A stretch of 64,000 bases of DNA from Chiloscyllium plagiosum (Eukaryota), in the NCBI RefSeq assembly GCF_004010195.1, contig NC_057718.1, positions 62,542,311 to 62,606,310 of the forward strand, read 5' to 3'. The position numbers and the translations under genes are program-made. Shown here piece by piece: positions 63,274 to 64,000 of this stretch. Numbering within the stretch: the first letter of the stretch is position 1; every line of letters begins with the position of its first letter. Below the pieces are notes generated by a model. That model was not told the DNA's origin. It searched no databases and worked only from the letters and a program-made list of their open reading frames with translations.

Positions 63274-63609
63274 CGGAAAATTTATATATGATTGGGCCTA
63301 CTCAACATTGATTTGTGAAAAGGAAATTATGTTTAATACATCTGTTTGTAATGTGAAAATTAGGTAAAGCAGAACCAGTGGATAGATTGTACTGCATTTG
63401 GATTCAGAACCTAAACCTGAGCTATAAATCTTCTCACAACTCGCTAGATACACAAACAGGCAGAAAAACTATAAACCAGGCCTAACTTTTTAAACACCTT
63501 TTTAGATTGGAACTGGCGGGCACTCATTTCATTCCTGGTCTATCTGACCATAGTTGTGAAGAAGTTGGATTCACTGACAGCAGCTTCTGTACTTTTGCAG
63601 TCATGGCTA

Positions 63610-64000
63610 CTGGACATTGATTTTGCCTGATTGTCTTGAATATATCCAAGTGCTGTGTTATAACATCTTTAATAATAGCATCCAGCATATCCCTTATGAC
63701 AGATGTTAAGCTACCTGGCCTATAGTTTGCTGCATTCACCACCCACCCTTTTTGAATAAAGGAATTACATTAGCCATTTTCTAATTTAAAGGAACTTCCT
63801 CTGAATCAAATAGTTTTTGGAAAATTAAAACCAATGCATTAACTACTTCACCGGCTACTTGTTTTAAGACTCTAGGATGAAATCCATCAGGATCTTGGGA
63901 CTTGTCAACTCCCAGTTCCAACAATTTACTCAGCACCCTACTTTCCCTGGCTAATTGTAATTTTTCTGAATTTCTTCCTTTCAATTCCTGATTTACAGCT
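63610..64000 (-). mobile_element. CR1-type LINE fragment
   Basis: PDGFHPRVLKQVA, NYRPGSLTSV. Confidence 0.8.

Overview
Eukaryotic, repeat-dense genomic DNA. The SINE/LINE repertoire points to a cartilaginous fish, most likely a shark (inference). The window lies inside one + strand host gene, SANBR (KIAA1841): eight phase-consistent coding exons (2124-61970), including 33-nt and 29-nt micro-exons, separated by long introns. The introns are filled with decayed CR1-type LINEs, one Rex1/Babar-type LINE, HE1/V-type tRNA SINEs, a Deu-domain SINE, TA-flanked TcMar-type MITEs, probable solo LTRs and many Penelope-like element (PLE) pieces. Most ORFs in the supplied track are fragments or shadow frames of these repeats. 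Three signals stand out. (1) About 20 copies of a minimal type-I hammerhead ribozyme motif (CTGAnGA-A-stem II-GAAA-palindrome) sit in PLE terminal repeats, with stem II covarying across at least five sequence variants. (2) PLE insertions form a size continuum, from 2-kb RT/GIY-YIG copies to 180-270 bp palindromes and 20-35 nt stubs; many have 7-15 bp target duplications and breakpoints at the ribozyme. (3) Three independent 110-210 bp local duplications each lie about 1.9-2.0 kb upstream of their apparent source. Repeat boundaries were read by eye and are approximate; family names come from recalled motifs, not database searches. An assembly gap (N) spans 54704-54865.
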